DNA from: the human T2T-CHM13v2.0 reference genome, Homo sapiens
Assembly (NCBI RefSeq): GCF_009914755.1
Contig: NC_060942.1
Length of the DNA stretch: 64,000 bases
Direction: 5' to 3' (one strand)
Shown here: positions 14,902 through 28,948 of the stretch, in pieces
Position numbering within the stretch: position 1 is the stretch's first letter
Layout: every line of letters starts with the position of its first letter
Translations under genes and position numbers: made by a program
The notes under the pieces: model-generated
Told to the model about the DNA's origin: nothing
The model's database searches: none
Seen by the model: the letters and a program-made list of their open reading frames with translations, nothing else

Positions 14902-15262
14902 TGATATGGTTTGGCTGTGTCTCCACCTAAATATCATCTTGAATTGTAGCTCCCATAATGCCCATGTGTTGTGGGAGGCAGACAGTGGGAGATAATTGAA
15001 TCATGGGGGCAGTTGCCTCATACTGTTCTCGTGGTAGTGAATAAGTCTCAGGAGATCTGATGGTTTCATAAGGGGAAACATCTTTTGCTTGGCTCTCATT
15101 CTCTCTTGCCTGCTGCCACATAAGACGTGACTTTCATCTTCTGCCATGATTGTGAAGCCTCCCCAGCCACATGGAACTGTGAGTCCATTACACCTCTTTT
15201 TCTTTATAAATTACCCAGTCTTGTTTATATCTTTATCAGCAGCATGAAAACAGACTAATACA
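14902..15262 (+). mobile_element. THE1 (THE1C-like) MaLR solo LTR
   Basis: tgatatggtttggctgtgt...gactaataca termini; 5-bp flanks tgttg / cattg. Confidence 0.92.
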
Positions 15263-15500
15263 CATTGTTTCAATTATAAAGTTTGTACTAGAATGTGAAC
15301 ATTGTAATTCCTACTAGGACTCCTGTGGAAAAGTATTTTTACATATTAAAATTAGTTATTATTATTATTACTCTAAAATGGAGTACTCTAAAGAGAAAAT
15401 GAGCCAAATTTGAGTGAAAGATTTATTTTGGGTAAGAATAATTACTTCCATCAAGTTATTGTCCTTGTGTCTAATACAGCCCCAGTACACAAAAGGAACT

Positions 15501-15979
15501 ATTATTTGTGGAATTCTGTCTCCAACCCCCGCCCCCCACCAAAAAAAGGATATATTGAAGTTCTAACTGCTTGTATCTCAGAATGGACCGTATTTGGAAA
15601 CAGAGCTGTTGCACAAGTAATTAGGTGAATTAAAATTAGGTCATACTGGAGAAGGGTGGACCCCTACTCCAATATGATTGTGGCTGTTACAGAAGAAAGT
15701 GGCCATGTGAGGACAGGGACTGTGTGTGTTTTGTCTTGTCACAACAAAAGCACAGGTTGGAATGAGCAGCTGCCAATCAAGGAATGCCAAAGATTAGCAA
15801 CTAACCACCAGAAGCTGAAAGAGGCAAGGAAAAATTATCTTACAGGTTTCAGGGGGAATATGGCCCTGCCAACACCTTGATTTCAGACTTCTAGCCTCCA
15901 GAACTGAGAAGCAATGCATTTCTGTTTTAAACCACCCAGTTTACGGTACATTGTGATAGGAACCCTAGGAAATTAATAA
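15501..15979 (+). mobile_element. MLT1 (MLT1C-like) MaLR LTR
   Basis: 'gtatttggaaacagag', 'aaggaatgccaaagatt...ccaccagaagctg', 'ggccctgccaacaccttgatttcagacttctagcctccagaactg'. Confidence 0.88.
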
Positions 15980-16064
15980 AGGCCTTCAAGAAGCACTTAA
16001 ACAGGGACAAATCAAGGACTGGATTCCTGACAACTGCCTTATTAGATCCCTTTCTGTTTTTAGA

Positions 16065-16275
16065 GAGGGCATCGTGGAAGGAGTTTCATAAAACTGAGTT
16101 TGAATCCTGATGCCACCACTTACTAGTGGTCTTTAGGCAATTCACTTAACATCTCCAAACTGTAGGTTACTCATCTGGAAAGTGAGAATAAACCTCCATA
16201 AAGTCCTAAGAGCATTAAATAAAATGATATATGTAAAGTGCCTGGTACATGCTTGGCACGGAGTAAATGTTAGTT
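16065..16275 (+). mobile_element. MIR SINE
   Basis: 'ctgagtttgaatcctgatgccaccacttactag...ggcaattcacttaac...atatgtaaagtgcctgg'. Confidence 0.8.
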
Positions 16276-17056
16276 CCAGTATCTCTCCTTGCATCACAAT
16301 ATTGTAATAACAATTACATGAGACTAGAAACAAATTACTTTTACCATAGAGACCACTCTACATTTTACTATTCTATCGTCACCAGCACCTTGGGCATGAC
16401 ATAAAAGGCGCAAAAGAGCCCATCTGAGAGGTTTTTGAGACCCCCCAGGAGCCCAGGAAGAGAACTTGGGATGGGTTAGAGTTCTGTGGGATATGGGGGA
16501 TTACATCTTAACTCTCACTGCTCTGTAATTCAGAGCCATTGCCCTAAACTGCAAAGGACTCAGTGAAATATAATCCCCTTCTAAGCCCTAAAAAGTTCCA
16601 TCAAGTGTCAGAGAGGCAGCCTCACATGCACTCTCCAGCCCAGTTCCTTGAGAACTTCCTCTCAGTCCTCGGGTCAAGGGAAGTGTTAAACTTGAAAGAG
16701 TAAAATCACTTCCAGTTGCAAGGAAAGCTACAGAAATGATGAAAACACTCATTGGCCATAATATTTGCTCCTCCAATGAAGACAAGGCAGAACTAGCAGT
16801 TGGTAATAAGATGTTCCCAACTGGGACCAGTAGGAACTATTGCTGAGCACAGTTAATGCTAAATTCAGAGGAAAACCAGGATCCAGCCCCAGAGAGATGA
16901 CTTGTAGTCCTAAAAGCATAGCAGGGCTAGGAGGGGCCCCAGAAGGGCACTAGGGCTACTTGATTGTACTCCACTGGGACCTTAGCCCACCTGGAGTTAA
17001 CTTTAGTAATCAGCAAGATGTTGCAGGGTAGGTAGAAGGAAATTGTGTCCATATAA

Positions 17057-17396
<340 letters not shown>

Positions 17397-17869
17397 AAAA
17401 CTAGCTTTTAAAGAGAGAAAGAGAATAAAGATGAAAAAAAAATTCACAAATTTGAGAAAATTCTGAAATGTAAGGAGGCAATCATCAGAAACCCAGTTCT
17501 TGATTTTCCCTGTTTGAGTGCTTTACAGCAGAAGAAAGGACCATTTTCTCCCTGGCACAAAGAGAGAGTTCCTACACGACAAGTCACTCCCTTCCTTAGT
17601 CCTCATAGCCAGAGATGAAGAAAAAAGCAGTCAAATACATTGCTGGCTGTGTAGCCCAAAGTGTATCTCCAGAATCTGCGTTTAAGTAAAGAAAATTATT
17701 TTCTTGGTTGCTATTCCAAATAAAAAGATGATCCCAATAAGAGTCCAATGATTTCAAGAATATACTTGGACTTCTGCCTGCCAGTTAAGGTTCACTTAAA
17801 AGGTGAGTCTTTCCTCACACTTTCTGGAACATCTGGAGGGAACTTCCTCCTCTCCCCCTGCTCTCCTCT

Positions 17870-18960
17870 ACCCCGCCCAGGAATTATGCAGTGTGGAGGG
17901 CCTTCTGGAGGACAGCAGCATGGAATACCACCTCAAAAAGAACACACAGAGAACCATCCCTGCCATCGCTCCCTTCTTCTCGTCTCCTCCCAGTGTCTCC
18001 CACCCCAGAGAAGCTTAAGACCCTGAGGAAGGGAGGCGTGGAGGTGACAAAGCAGACCTCCCCGCCACTGCCGACAGCAGGTGAGGATACGTCAGGGCAG
18101 GGCTTAGCCCTGCACTGGCTAAGGAAGGCATGACACTTGAGGTCTGAGCCAGATTGATCCAGATTTTAATAACTGAAAGTGAATGTACTGCTGTTCCCAA
18201 GCTCAGGGGACAAAAGAGCGAGTCAACAGAACACGGTTTAAAGTGATGATTGAATAAAAATAAAACCTTTTCATGCTCGCACCCCACGGAGTGCAGAACC
18301 ACTTCACTGAACACTAAAGTATACATCCTAAGAGGAGCTACTGAATAATGCAGTGGCCATGTCTCCGGTAACGAGAGTAGCAGGTGCCAGTGCAGTCCAG
18401 CTGGGCTGGCGAGGAACCGGGACAAGTGGGGGATGGGGCAGAAGAGTCAGAGAGGAGAGACAGGAAGTGTGGCCATTGTTCTGAATGTACTACGCCGTTT
18501 CTGAAGCAATTGAAGTAGGTGCAGTGACTTCACATTTTAAGAAGCTGTGTGTGCAGAGGACGCACAGGCAGAGAGGAGCACGAGGCAGGAAGGCTGCATC
18601 CAACTGAAGTTAACTGGTCCTTTGTTGCTTCTCCAGTCTAAGCTCTGTGGAGGGACGTCAAGGCCAGAATGGGATCCAGAAGGGTGGAGGATGGGGTTGC
18701 CTTAGTAGCATGAAGGATTGGTGGGAGGCAAGAAGAGCCGAAAGTTACTTTTTAAATAATTTGGCTCATATTTGAATTTATCTGATTAGTAGAGCAATGT
18801 CTGGCATCCCTCCTGCTTGGAAGGCAGACTTCCCTTTTCCAGCCAAATTCAGTAAGTTTCAGGTAAGGAACAGCTGGAACACGTGGCCTAAACGATATCT
18901 TCTCTCCGCAGTAAGGAGTATGGGAGTTGGAGGGAAGGTGGGTTCGAATCTCAAATACAG
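17870..18960. promoter_or_regulatory. CpG-enriched unique segment, candidate promoter/enhancer
   Basis: About 24 CpG counted by hand in 17960-18960, well above the surrounding density; GC-box-like ccccgccc, ACGTCA CRE half-sites (~18089, ~18655), E-box CACGTG (~18880). Probably below CpG-island thresholds. Confidence 0.45.
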
Positions 18961-19179
18961 CCCAGCCCCCTTCACTGGAGCAGAGCTGAAAGTGTTTTGA
19001 AACTCAAACCCTAATTAGTAATAAGGAAGACACTTTTGTCTGGGACACCCCCTCCCCATTGTGCAAAGATCTCTCTAGGACCTAATATGGTGGAAGGTGA
19101 TAGGCAACTGTATGAAAATATGGGGATATGGAGTCCTGCCTAAATGTAATTCTTGAAGAAAAAGCGAATAATACAGAGG

Positions 19180-19470
19180 AACTAAACGTAGAGAATTTGA
19201 AGAGGGATGATAGCAGCGAGGTACAAAAGGTAAAGTGGCAAGACTTGCAACCAGGTAGATATCAAGCATGAAAAGAGGCAGAGAAAGCAGTTTCAGAGAA
19301 GGAATTAATGGGGAAATGGCGATTGCATTAATAGAAACAGAGGGGAAGGGAGAAGATTCAGAGATAAGAGAAAAGAGGTGAGTGAGTCCGATTTTAAACA
19401 TGCTAAAACAAAAGCATCTCCATGACATTCACCAGCACTTGGAAACAGAGGCTGGAGCTCCAGAGGGAGT
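19180..19470 (-). mobile_element. L2 fragment
   Basis: 'ggaaatggcgattgcattaatagaaacagaggggaagggagaagattcagag...gagtccgattttaaacatgct' is typical of antisense L2. Confidence 0.6.
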
Positions 19471-20494
19471 TTGGCTTCTTGTCTCCACCCATCCCTTCAG
19501 GCAGAGGTGAAGATGGCTTCTCGTCTCCACCCACCCCTACAGCAGCAGAGGTGGAAGTTTTCCATGTTCCCGTGCCAGAAAGAGGAACTAAGCCCCAGCT
19601 TTAACACACACAGTGGCTACAAGAAACAAACAACACATCTATTTTTCACATTGACTGATCTACCCCAATGGGTTGGCAATGTCTCTGTGTGTTAGAGAGC
19701 AAAGACCCAGCATAAGTAAATGCTGAACTAAGAGCTAAGGACTGCAACTGTAGATGCTGTGAAGTTTGTTACATGCAATAATGAAAATGTCAGATGCCAC
19801 ATGGATGAGGAACTTGGTACATAAGAAACACATGTTATTTAACAATCTGCCACTGAGTGAACAAAAAGCAGCTGAAATCAAGCTAGAGGCAGCCAAGAAC
19901 ACACCACTGAAGTCATTACAGAGCAATACTAGGATTGCCACGGGAGAAACAGGGCTGTGATTCTTCCTCTGACAGAAGTCCAGATCAAAGGAGATGGACA
20001 AAGCATGCAGGAAAACTGCTAATAAAGGAAAAAAAAAGAAAAAAAGTACTCACTTAAAGCTAGTGAATACAGTACATAGGATGGCAAGACAAAGAAAAAG
20101 AAGGGACATCACTCCCCTCGAAGATGTGCTTATCTCTGGGCTTACCTTTGTGATCCTCTTACTTGGTTGGCTATGTCCTTTACATCTTCCACTGACAGGG
20201 ACAATAACGTCCCAAAACAGTTTCCCAAGTGCCCTCAAGAGCATGAAAAGGCTCCTCTTAGAGAGGGGTGCACCTACTCCATGAGGGACAGAGTTGAGCA
20301 CGCCAGACTTTAACAGGTGCAGAGGCCAGAGGTCGGAAATCACATGCCTATAACAAAGGAAATGTAGCTTCGAGCAATTATACAAATTAAAACCAGGCAA
20401 AGCACATGTGGGCACAGTAGAAAAGAATATGGGCTAATTCAGCAGAAAACGTTTCACAGCAAATGTTACATTGTGGTGATAAATTTAAATATTA

Positions 20495-20575
20495 TGACAG
20501 TTTAGCCTTAGTTTTCTTATCTGCAAAATGGGAATAAGACCACCTCTCTTATAGGGCTGTTGTGAGAACTGCAGG
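20495..20575 (+). mobile_element. MIR core fragment
   Basis: 'gccttagttttcttatctgcaaaatgggaataag...atagggctgttgtgag'. Confidence 0.75.
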
Positions 20576-20648
20576 GGAAATAAAATTTTGATCAGAAGAC
20601 CAACTGAGTAAATTGACTCTAATCTTAAAAGAAAACTATGATATGTGA

Positions 20649-21245
<597 letters not shown>

Positions 21246-21394
21246 TTGGAGAAGTAGCTCTAGGAAGTTTCCTAAAACTTCCTTACCTGAGCTACTAACT
21301 CTACATAAAAAAATGCTTTATTATTTTTGTGTTTTTATTCTAGGAATTGTCTGGAATTTTTGTGGAATCATGAGAAAATTTGAACACAAATATC

Positions 21395-21565
21395 TCCCGT
21401 GGACTAACTGAGCAAGAACTCATTTATCACCAAGGGGATGGTGCCAAGCCATTCATGAGGGATCTGCGCCTGTGATCCGAACACCTTCCACTAGGCTCCA
21501 CTTCCAACACTGGGAATCACATTTCAACATGAGAGTTGGAGTTGACAAATGTCCAAACCATGTCT
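21395..21565 (-). mobile_element. MST (MSTB-like) MaLR LTR fragment
   Basis: 'agccattcatgagggatctgc...aacaccttccactaggctccacttccaacactgggaatcacatttcaacatgaga...ccaaaccat'. Confidence 0.85.
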
Positions 21566-21859
21566 CCATCCAACCATCTATACAGGTCTTTTTCTTTTTT
21601 TAATCTATGATTCAATGTGATAGTGGGGGTGGATGTGGCTTTTGGTGTGCCTGCTCCTGGTAGGTACTATGCAAATACTAGGACATGACCAGGCTAGTAT
21701 TCAGACAACATGAAGACAAACCAGTTCTTCAGGTGTTAAAATAATTTCACTAGTTATAGTGGCTACCTTAAGCTCCCCAGTGACTCTTCCCCAAACTTCC
21801 AGGGATGTTTGTCATCCAGTAGTAGAAAGGTTTATACCTAGTTCAAGGAAATTTTTTCA

Positions 21860-24800
21860 AAATAGGGTATCATCACAGCTCTTATACAGATATAAACAAA
21901 TGTCAACAATTTATTTAACTTATTAAATGATGAGATAACTGGAAAAGCTGTCACAAAAACCTCAGTGAGAACCTGAAGACCAGACAAATGTATAAGCCCA
22001 TCAGGAGGGAATGTTGAAACAAACTTGGCTAAGCAATGCAAAACTGGCTTCCTCCACAGCAGAGAGGGAAGTTAATTGAATTTCTACAGCACAACAATTC
22101 TTTGCATGTCTACAGACAAGAATTATTTGCCTTATATCAGTGTTGTACAATTTGCTTCTATAGAGTTAACTATATCTAGTTATCTCTATACAATTATAAA
22201 ATAACTCAGACAATTAAAAGCACAAACCCTGTAGAATCAGCTAATCCTGAACTGAACGGTGTGCTTCAAACAAGGCACAGTTTTCCACGGATGACACCTG
22301 GCAATCTTTTGGCCCAATTAAAAATCTTTCAAATTTTTTGTTACTATCTCCCCCACCTTGATCAAGAATAATGATAAGGAAAATTTCTCGTAAGGCCAGT
22401 CTCATTAGAATTGGCCTGATCGTTTGCACAGCTGCAGTGAGAGGACTTCTAAAGTTTGCTTTGGAAATCTAGAGCTCTGCGGTATTGAATAATCACAAAA
22501 TTAACCTCTGTTGGGAAGTTTTCGTAAAGAATTTCAGTTTGGGCTTTTCAAAGTGCCTGTTATTTGTTATGCCAAAGCTAGGAAACTAAGCCCAAAAAAC
22601 TCTCTTGACCTAATTTTACCTGCAGTTCCTACAAATGTGGGCGAATTCCCCTCTTCTCAATGTCCCTGGTCTAGCAGAAGGTAGCTTTTCTCAGTATGTG
22701 TCAGGCAGGGCCTCTGTAAGCCAGGTTCCAGGCCAGTCTTTCTGAGAGGCCTTTATGGGCATTGGTTCCATAAGAAAGTCATAAGTAAAATATTCAATTT
22801 TATTCTCTTAACAGTGGCTGTCACACCTGATTAATGAGAATTATTCTCAAATATGACATTCCAGGCAAGAACTTAGTTGCATACCTGATTTTTCTAATTA
22901 TATCATGGTATAAAGGTGGACAGATTCTTATTGAGCCTGTTGAAATAACTATTTTGCCATGAACAATAAGGAGATTGAGTAAGAATTTCTGATTTGGGGT
23001 TACGGGAGGCAGGGGAGGAAGGGAGAGGGAAACGGGTTAGTGACAATTAGATATCATTTAAAAATGCTTCATTTTCGTTTCCAATAGCAGCATCTACTAA
23101 ACTGTTATTGGTTACAGATAGGTTAAGAATAAAAAAGGAGGACTTGCTTGCAGATAAAGAAGAGAGTACATTAAAAGAACACCAACAGTATCCTAAATAA
23201 AGATCTATAATAAAAATTTCCTCATCAGTTCATTCGGTCCTATGTAATTAAATTATGTTCCACCAGATCTTGGATTCAAGAAGCCTTATGCCTCTTGGCT
23301 AAAAAGAGTTTGAAAATCCTGACTCGGCCCATTGGTAAGCAATGCCATCTTTACACAAGAATTTATTCTTAGATAATTCTTATTGATCTTTGGCAACACA
23401 AATGTTGATACAATTCTGCTTATTCAGGTGAGAATCAGAGTAAAGTAAGTAAAGTAAAAGTTATCTGCACTTGACAGAAATGTGAAATAGGTATGGTTAT
23501 TTATTACTGATAATTTTCAAATATGAAAGATCTTATATTAGTTCAGAACAAAGCAACTGAAATTTGGTTTCTTCTGTGGGATACAAAACAAAATCATATT
23601 ACCATTCCAAAAAAAGTTTAGACAAAATATCTCTAAGGATAATATTGAGTTTAGACAAAATATTTCTAAGGATAATATTAAGTCCATATACAAATGTTAT
23701 ATCTAATTTATAAATGCATGAATATAATTTTTATAGAGAAAAAACCTGAGATATAATATACAATATTTCCGAGATGTTGCATACATAATATATCAAGACT
23801 ATACCAGGAATATCAAGTAAAGAAATTCAGTAACTCTGGAGTAGTGACTAGACATGTGTATTTTTATAAAACTCTATGGGTAAGTCTGATGTGCCTCTCT
23901 AATTTAGAATCACTGGCCAGACGATGCTAGATTCAAATTATAAAAGTAGGTTTGTTCCAAGTAGGCATTTTAAAAAATAGCTGAAATTGACTGCTAACAC
24001 TATACTATTTTTGCAGAATATTATCAGGCAAACTACCACCAGAATTCTGATCAATAGGAACATATTTTAGATAATGTGGGCATTGATAGACCTCTAAGAA
24101 TTTCCCATGAAAACAACACACAATTTCTGAAATATTTATATTAATACGTCTTATGTATTGAAATTTAACCTTGGGAAATCTGAGCATCTCTTCTGCTGTG
24201 CCAATTCGTTAAACAAACCTAATTATTTCTAGCATCATTTAATAGAAACTAATCATTAATTTTCCAGAGATCTTCTGGGAAATCTCAAGGATAGTTTTAG
24301 GTATAAAAGATACTCTGAAAGTTTTATTTTTTCTTTTCTTAGAATTTGATTTTTTGAAGGCAAAAATCAAAAAGGATGTCAGAGGAAATTTAGACATGTG
24401 ATTAAGATAGAACCTCCTGTGGGTGCCTGAGAGACAATACATGATTGTTCATTTAATCAAAGAGACAACAAAGCATTTAAAAGTAAACATAAAAGTAACA
24501 CAACTAAAAAGAACCTTAGCCTTTCATGAAAGAGGAAGATTTGTTCTTCGTTAGATTTTTTTTCCCCTAAAGAATCTCAGTAGAAAATCTCTACATCCCT
24601 TTAAGATAGTTTTTATAAAGAAAAAAGTTATAATCATGACTCTCATACAGACATAAAATGAACGGGTGTCAAAGATTTTATTTAACTCATTAATCAATGA
24701 ATAAAGGAACTGGAAAAGTTGTTACAACCAGTTCAAAGGAGAATTCAAAGGCCAGAAAAATATAGGCCCTTCAGACATGTTGAAATTAATTTACTTAGTA

Positions 24801-25100
24801 GGTGTAACACTGGCTTCTTCCACAGTAGGTGTGGACGGGGGTGTTGGGGGGAGCTGGGTATTGGCAGGGCAGAATCAGTTGAACATCTACTAGACGATAT
24901 TTTTCACATGCCTATAGACAATAATTAATTACATTACTATCAGTTTTCTGCAAGCTAATTTCTCTGTCTACAGAGCTATAGGATAGCTCAAGATAATGAA
25001 AGGTCTAAACTCCATAAAATCAAATAGTCTAGGAGAAAGTGCTCAATGTCATGTGCTGTTTTTCTATTGAAGACACCTACTAAATTTGGGTTCATTTAGA
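21860..25100 (-). mobile_element. Degenerate non-autonomous ERV1-class provirus (LTR37-like, tentative) with both LTRs
   Basis: Direct-repeat LTRs at ~21860-22345 and ~24620-25100 share colinear blocks (ctcttatacagatataa/ctctcatacagacataa, tttatttaacttatta/tttatttaactcatta, aactggaaaag, actggcttc.tccacag). Minus-strand polypurine tract ggtgggggaga at ~22348-22358; MER4-group-like internal sequence; MER5 fragment at ~23820-23920. Confidence 0.7.
23615..23680 (+). repeat. 33-bp tandem duplication
   Basis: agtttagacaaaatatctctaaggataatattg followed by agtttagacaaaatatttctaaggataatatta (2 mismatches). Confidence 0.95.
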
Positions 25101-25199
25101 AGTCTTTCACATTGTCTTCTTATACCCTGACACAGCAGGGAGCCTTCGTAACCCCACTCTATCAGTTTTCCAGGCTTGTTAATATTTACCACTGCTTGT

Positions 25200-25530
25200 T
25201 AAATATGTTTACTATCCCTCCGGCACACAATAGAGAAAAAGACAGTTTCTGTCCTTCATGGGCTCTTAGTACAATGGGAAAGACAGACCAGTAAACAGAG
25301 CATAGATAAGCACAAGGTACTTGTAGAGGGAGGCACTAAATCTAACTTTAAAAGTCAGGACAGGCTTTCTGGAGCAACAGTAGCAATTAGCAAAGAGATT
25401 GAGATGGGTGGATAGGAAGGGAACAAGAAAAAAGGGGCCCCAGACAGAAGAAATGGTATGAGCCATAACCTGGAGGCAAACTAAACCACGGTGAATTTAA
25501 GGAACTGCGAGTAGTTCACTTAGGCTTTTG
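25200..25530 (-). mobile_element. L2 fragment
   Basis: 'aaagacagtttctgtccttcatgggctcttagtacaatgggaaagacagac', 'gtcaggacaggctttctggag', 'ccagacagaagaaatggtatgagc'. Confidence 0.75.
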
Positions 25531-26159
25531 GGGAGAAAAATATACTTTTCACCATCCTTAACTTGGCTCAGGAATACACCCCTCAGTAGCAGCGATATCC
25601 TCACTGCCTTGAAGGATTTTAAGAAAAATGCATAGTGAACATATGACAGGCAAAATGTGGGAGCAGGGTATTGTAAATAATTCTCAGCCAATTCTAAAAA
25701 TGGCTTGCAGCCATTCTAAATATTGCCTAGGAATTATTTATAATGCCTGATATAACATTCTGTGATAACATCAGCACACACAATTGAGAATTTGTTAAAA
25801 TTTAATCCCAATTGAAAAGCTAGGCAGACGGGGTCAACACGAGAACAGGGAAAGGATTTTCATCAGTAGCATCTTATTCAAGTAAAAGTTAGAAAAAACC
25901 CTCAAACTCAAAAAATTAAAATGACCATTTCCCAGAGTTGGTAAATTTTTAAGTGGACAGAAGGCAATCTCTTCTTGGGATTGGTTGCCATATTCAACAG
26001 AGGACTAGATTTTCATCAGTCTTGGTGAGATGGGTTGTTGGGAATAGATTCCACTTGTTGGCACATATGTCCCCAGCCTATCCTAATTCTAAAATTACAT
26101 CTGAAAAAAATGAGATTGTAATCAGAGCTGCCAACAATAAAGAACTCTTCAGAAACATG

Positions 26160-26370
26160 ACAGCTACCATTCATTTACTACTTACCATGTATTAGGCACT
26201 TAAAAAAACCAAAACCTTCTGTGACAGATAGTAAATTATCACATCTACTTTACAGATAAATAAGAATCAGGGAGATTATGTAAGTTGCCTAAATTTTCAT
26301 ATGTTGTAAGTAGAAGAATTTGGATTCAAATATACATTTATCAGTCCTAAAACCTGTGGTCTAAAAAGTA
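26160..26370 (-). mobile_element. MIR SINE
   Basis: 'cagctaccattcatttactacttaccatgtattaggcact...actttacagataaataagaatcagggagattatgtaagttgcc'. Confidence 0.75.
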
Positions 26371-26491
26371 TACAACATCCAGAGAAAAACAGAGCTCCCT
26401 CCAAGGACTTTTAAATGATGACATTTATTAACAGCATCTGAGATTATGAAAGAGGACTTGTTATCTGGGAAGTAGACTTCTGGACCATAAC

Positions 26492-26975
26492 CAGGCCTGC
26501 CTTTAACATCATTTGTAAGGCCTTGGACAAGAATACAAATGAAAATCCACGTACCATATGTCTCAATATTAAAAGTAATAAATCAGTCTAACAAGCTGTT
26601 AAATAAAATATGTTCTATACCCTTGCCTTGATAAATATATTTTATAATGACTGGAGGGTCAGGGTCAAATTTAGAATCTCTCGGCTCTAAACATGGCACC
26701 TTGTCTCCCCAAGTCCACCCCCTCCAACTCCCACACACACACTCTTCCAAGTTCTGGCTCTGTCCCACACTACAGGGGACCTGGCATGCATGTATGCTGT
26801 CACCCCATCCCACATGTCCAAACTCCATCCACAACCCCCACACAGCTGTCCCTTAGCTACTGGTTATGTGATCCACCTCCAGAGTATAGATTTAGGGAAA
26901 AGTCCCACACAAGTCCTAGAGGTAAGCTCAGGTTCCTCTGGACAGGAGATCCTGGGAACCCAAGTATGGCCTATA
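26492..26975. mobile_element. hAT-Tip100 DNA transposon (MER115/Zaphod-like, tentative)
   Basis: 'caggcctgcctttaac...caagaatacaaatgaaaatccacgtaccatatgtctcaatattaaaag...ctgttaaataaaatatgttctat'. Confidence 0.55.
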
Positions 26976-28761
26976 AGGTGATATCCAAAGTACTGTCTTT
27001 AAACCTGTCTTGGTCGTTGAACTGTTTATTACTAGTCTGCATCAAGAAAAGTACAGAAAGTGAAAGTACGCATCTAGAGCTTTTCATTACAATCTGACAT
27101 TTGCTGCAACATCCAAGGGCAGGGTTTCATATTAAAAAATATATATTGGTGGGCCAAGAATAGGAAATTTTTAAAGCTGGGGTTGGGGTTTTACCCATAA
27201 ATGGGTAGAAAAGCTCTGCCTAGAATGGGAAGGAGGAGAAAATCCTGAGGGACACAGCCCTTTGCCCACAGACCCACCCACCATGGGGAAGGGTCCAGCC
27301 TCAGGAGGGCCTGGCCAAGGACTTCCAAAAGGGGCTTCCTCTTACCCAGGTCTAAGAGCAACCCTGACAATCACAAGACCATTTCTGCTCTTTCAGTGTT
27401 ACTTTAAAGATCTGCGTGCCTGGGGCCTTGGGCTTGATGAAGCTGAGAGAAACGGGAAAGCAAGCTTTGCTGTTACTGTGTGAGCTTTGGGATCCCACAT
27501 GACAACAAGCAGGTGTATAGCTAATAATGGCTAACAGGAAACCTCTAAGACTTTAGAACTCCTGCTACCAACATTCTGCGGATTACCTCCACCAGGACAA
27601 TCAGGTCAAAGCCAATAAAATTTAGCTCCTATTAATTGAGGACTACTCTGACATTTCAATGGAAAGATTTTAGATTCCCTGTATCTTTTCTTGCTCCAAA
27701 TCCCAAATCCTGCTGAAGACACATTCCTCAGCCGCTTTTTTTTTTCTATGTCTGTTGATAAAGGAATTTTAAAATAAAGCAAGGGAATTTGAGACATTTG
27801 AGATCTGTTTCAAAGAAAATGAATTTTTTAAGGAGTAATACAAATGTAACTCAAACTGCTACTTGCGGTCTTGATACTATTGCCTAAAGGTTTTGGCCAG
27901 GAAGAAATTGTTTTTAAAATGACTTAGGATAAGAAATAAGATTTGCTACTATGACTTTTTCCTTTTCATAATTTTATTTATTCAAATATTAACATGCATA
28001 TCCTTCACTCTTTACCTACTCCCTCCCTTTTTCTATCCCCTTCAATACACACATATGCATACCCACACCAATAAACCAAGAGCTGATGAGAATTGTAATA
28101 GCTCCATTTTGTTTAAACACTATATTTAACTATTAATAAATAATAAGCTTAGCAAATACATATTTTTGGTACAAATCATGTAATAAATAATTATACTTCT
28201 AAAGTAATAAATGCCCAGCTAAAATTAACTTATTTTTATTAAAATATTAAAATTTTATTCCAGTGTAGCTCCTAGAAATTCTGTATTAAAACACAAAATT
28301 CAGTGGTCTGGATTTTATGTAGACAAGCAACACAGAAGGTAAAGTAAAAAGGGAAGTCTGCCAGTACCTTCCTTAGAGAAAATTCCTCTCAGTTTCTCCC
28401 AGAGCACACATGTATTTTATGACAAATTGGCCTCCTTCACTTTGAGGCCAGGGTTTTATTCAGCAGCAAAGTTCACTGTTAACTTTACATGAAGGTTAAA
28501 TTAAAGATTGTAAACCAACAAGAGTTTTCAATATCACACTTAAAATTACGTAAATAGTGGTCAGTAGCACCAATACCTTCGTGAAATACAAGTTCCCGTA
28601 AGTACATACAGGATTTTAACCCTGGAATAGTCTGTCAACAATATCCCTTTTTCCTCAAACAGTGACTTGATCTCTGGAGGCCTAAATGATTTAGATCTGT
28701 TTTTCCTGAGCATTTCTTGGTATTAACTTATCTTAGGCAGGCTTCTTTTCTTTCCCATAGA

Positions 28762-28948
28762 CAAATAACTCTAACCTTTAATGTGCATAAGAATCATTTA
28801 GAAACATTTATAAAATTTAGATTTCCAAGCCACATCCCTAAAGATTTCAAGTCAGTAGATCCAATATCTCACTAGGAATCTGTACTTTTAAGAAGTATCT
28901 TAGGTGATTTCAATGCAGTTGTTTAATAGAATGGCTTTAAAGAGATGC
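28762..28948. mobile_element. MER5B-like hAT-Charlie element
   Basis: 'ctttaatgtgcataagaatcattt...agatttccaagccacatccctaaagatttc...aggaatctgtacttttaagaagtatcttaggtgattt'. Confidence 0.7.

Noticed and set aside
18015-18425. 136-aa minus-strand ORF in the CpG-enriched region
   Set aside because: Starts at TTG and has no recognisable homology; longer frames are expected where GC is higher.
26583-27483. Several 60-134 aa ORFs
   Set aside because: They overlap a GC-richer hAT transposon remnant and show no transposase or other homology.
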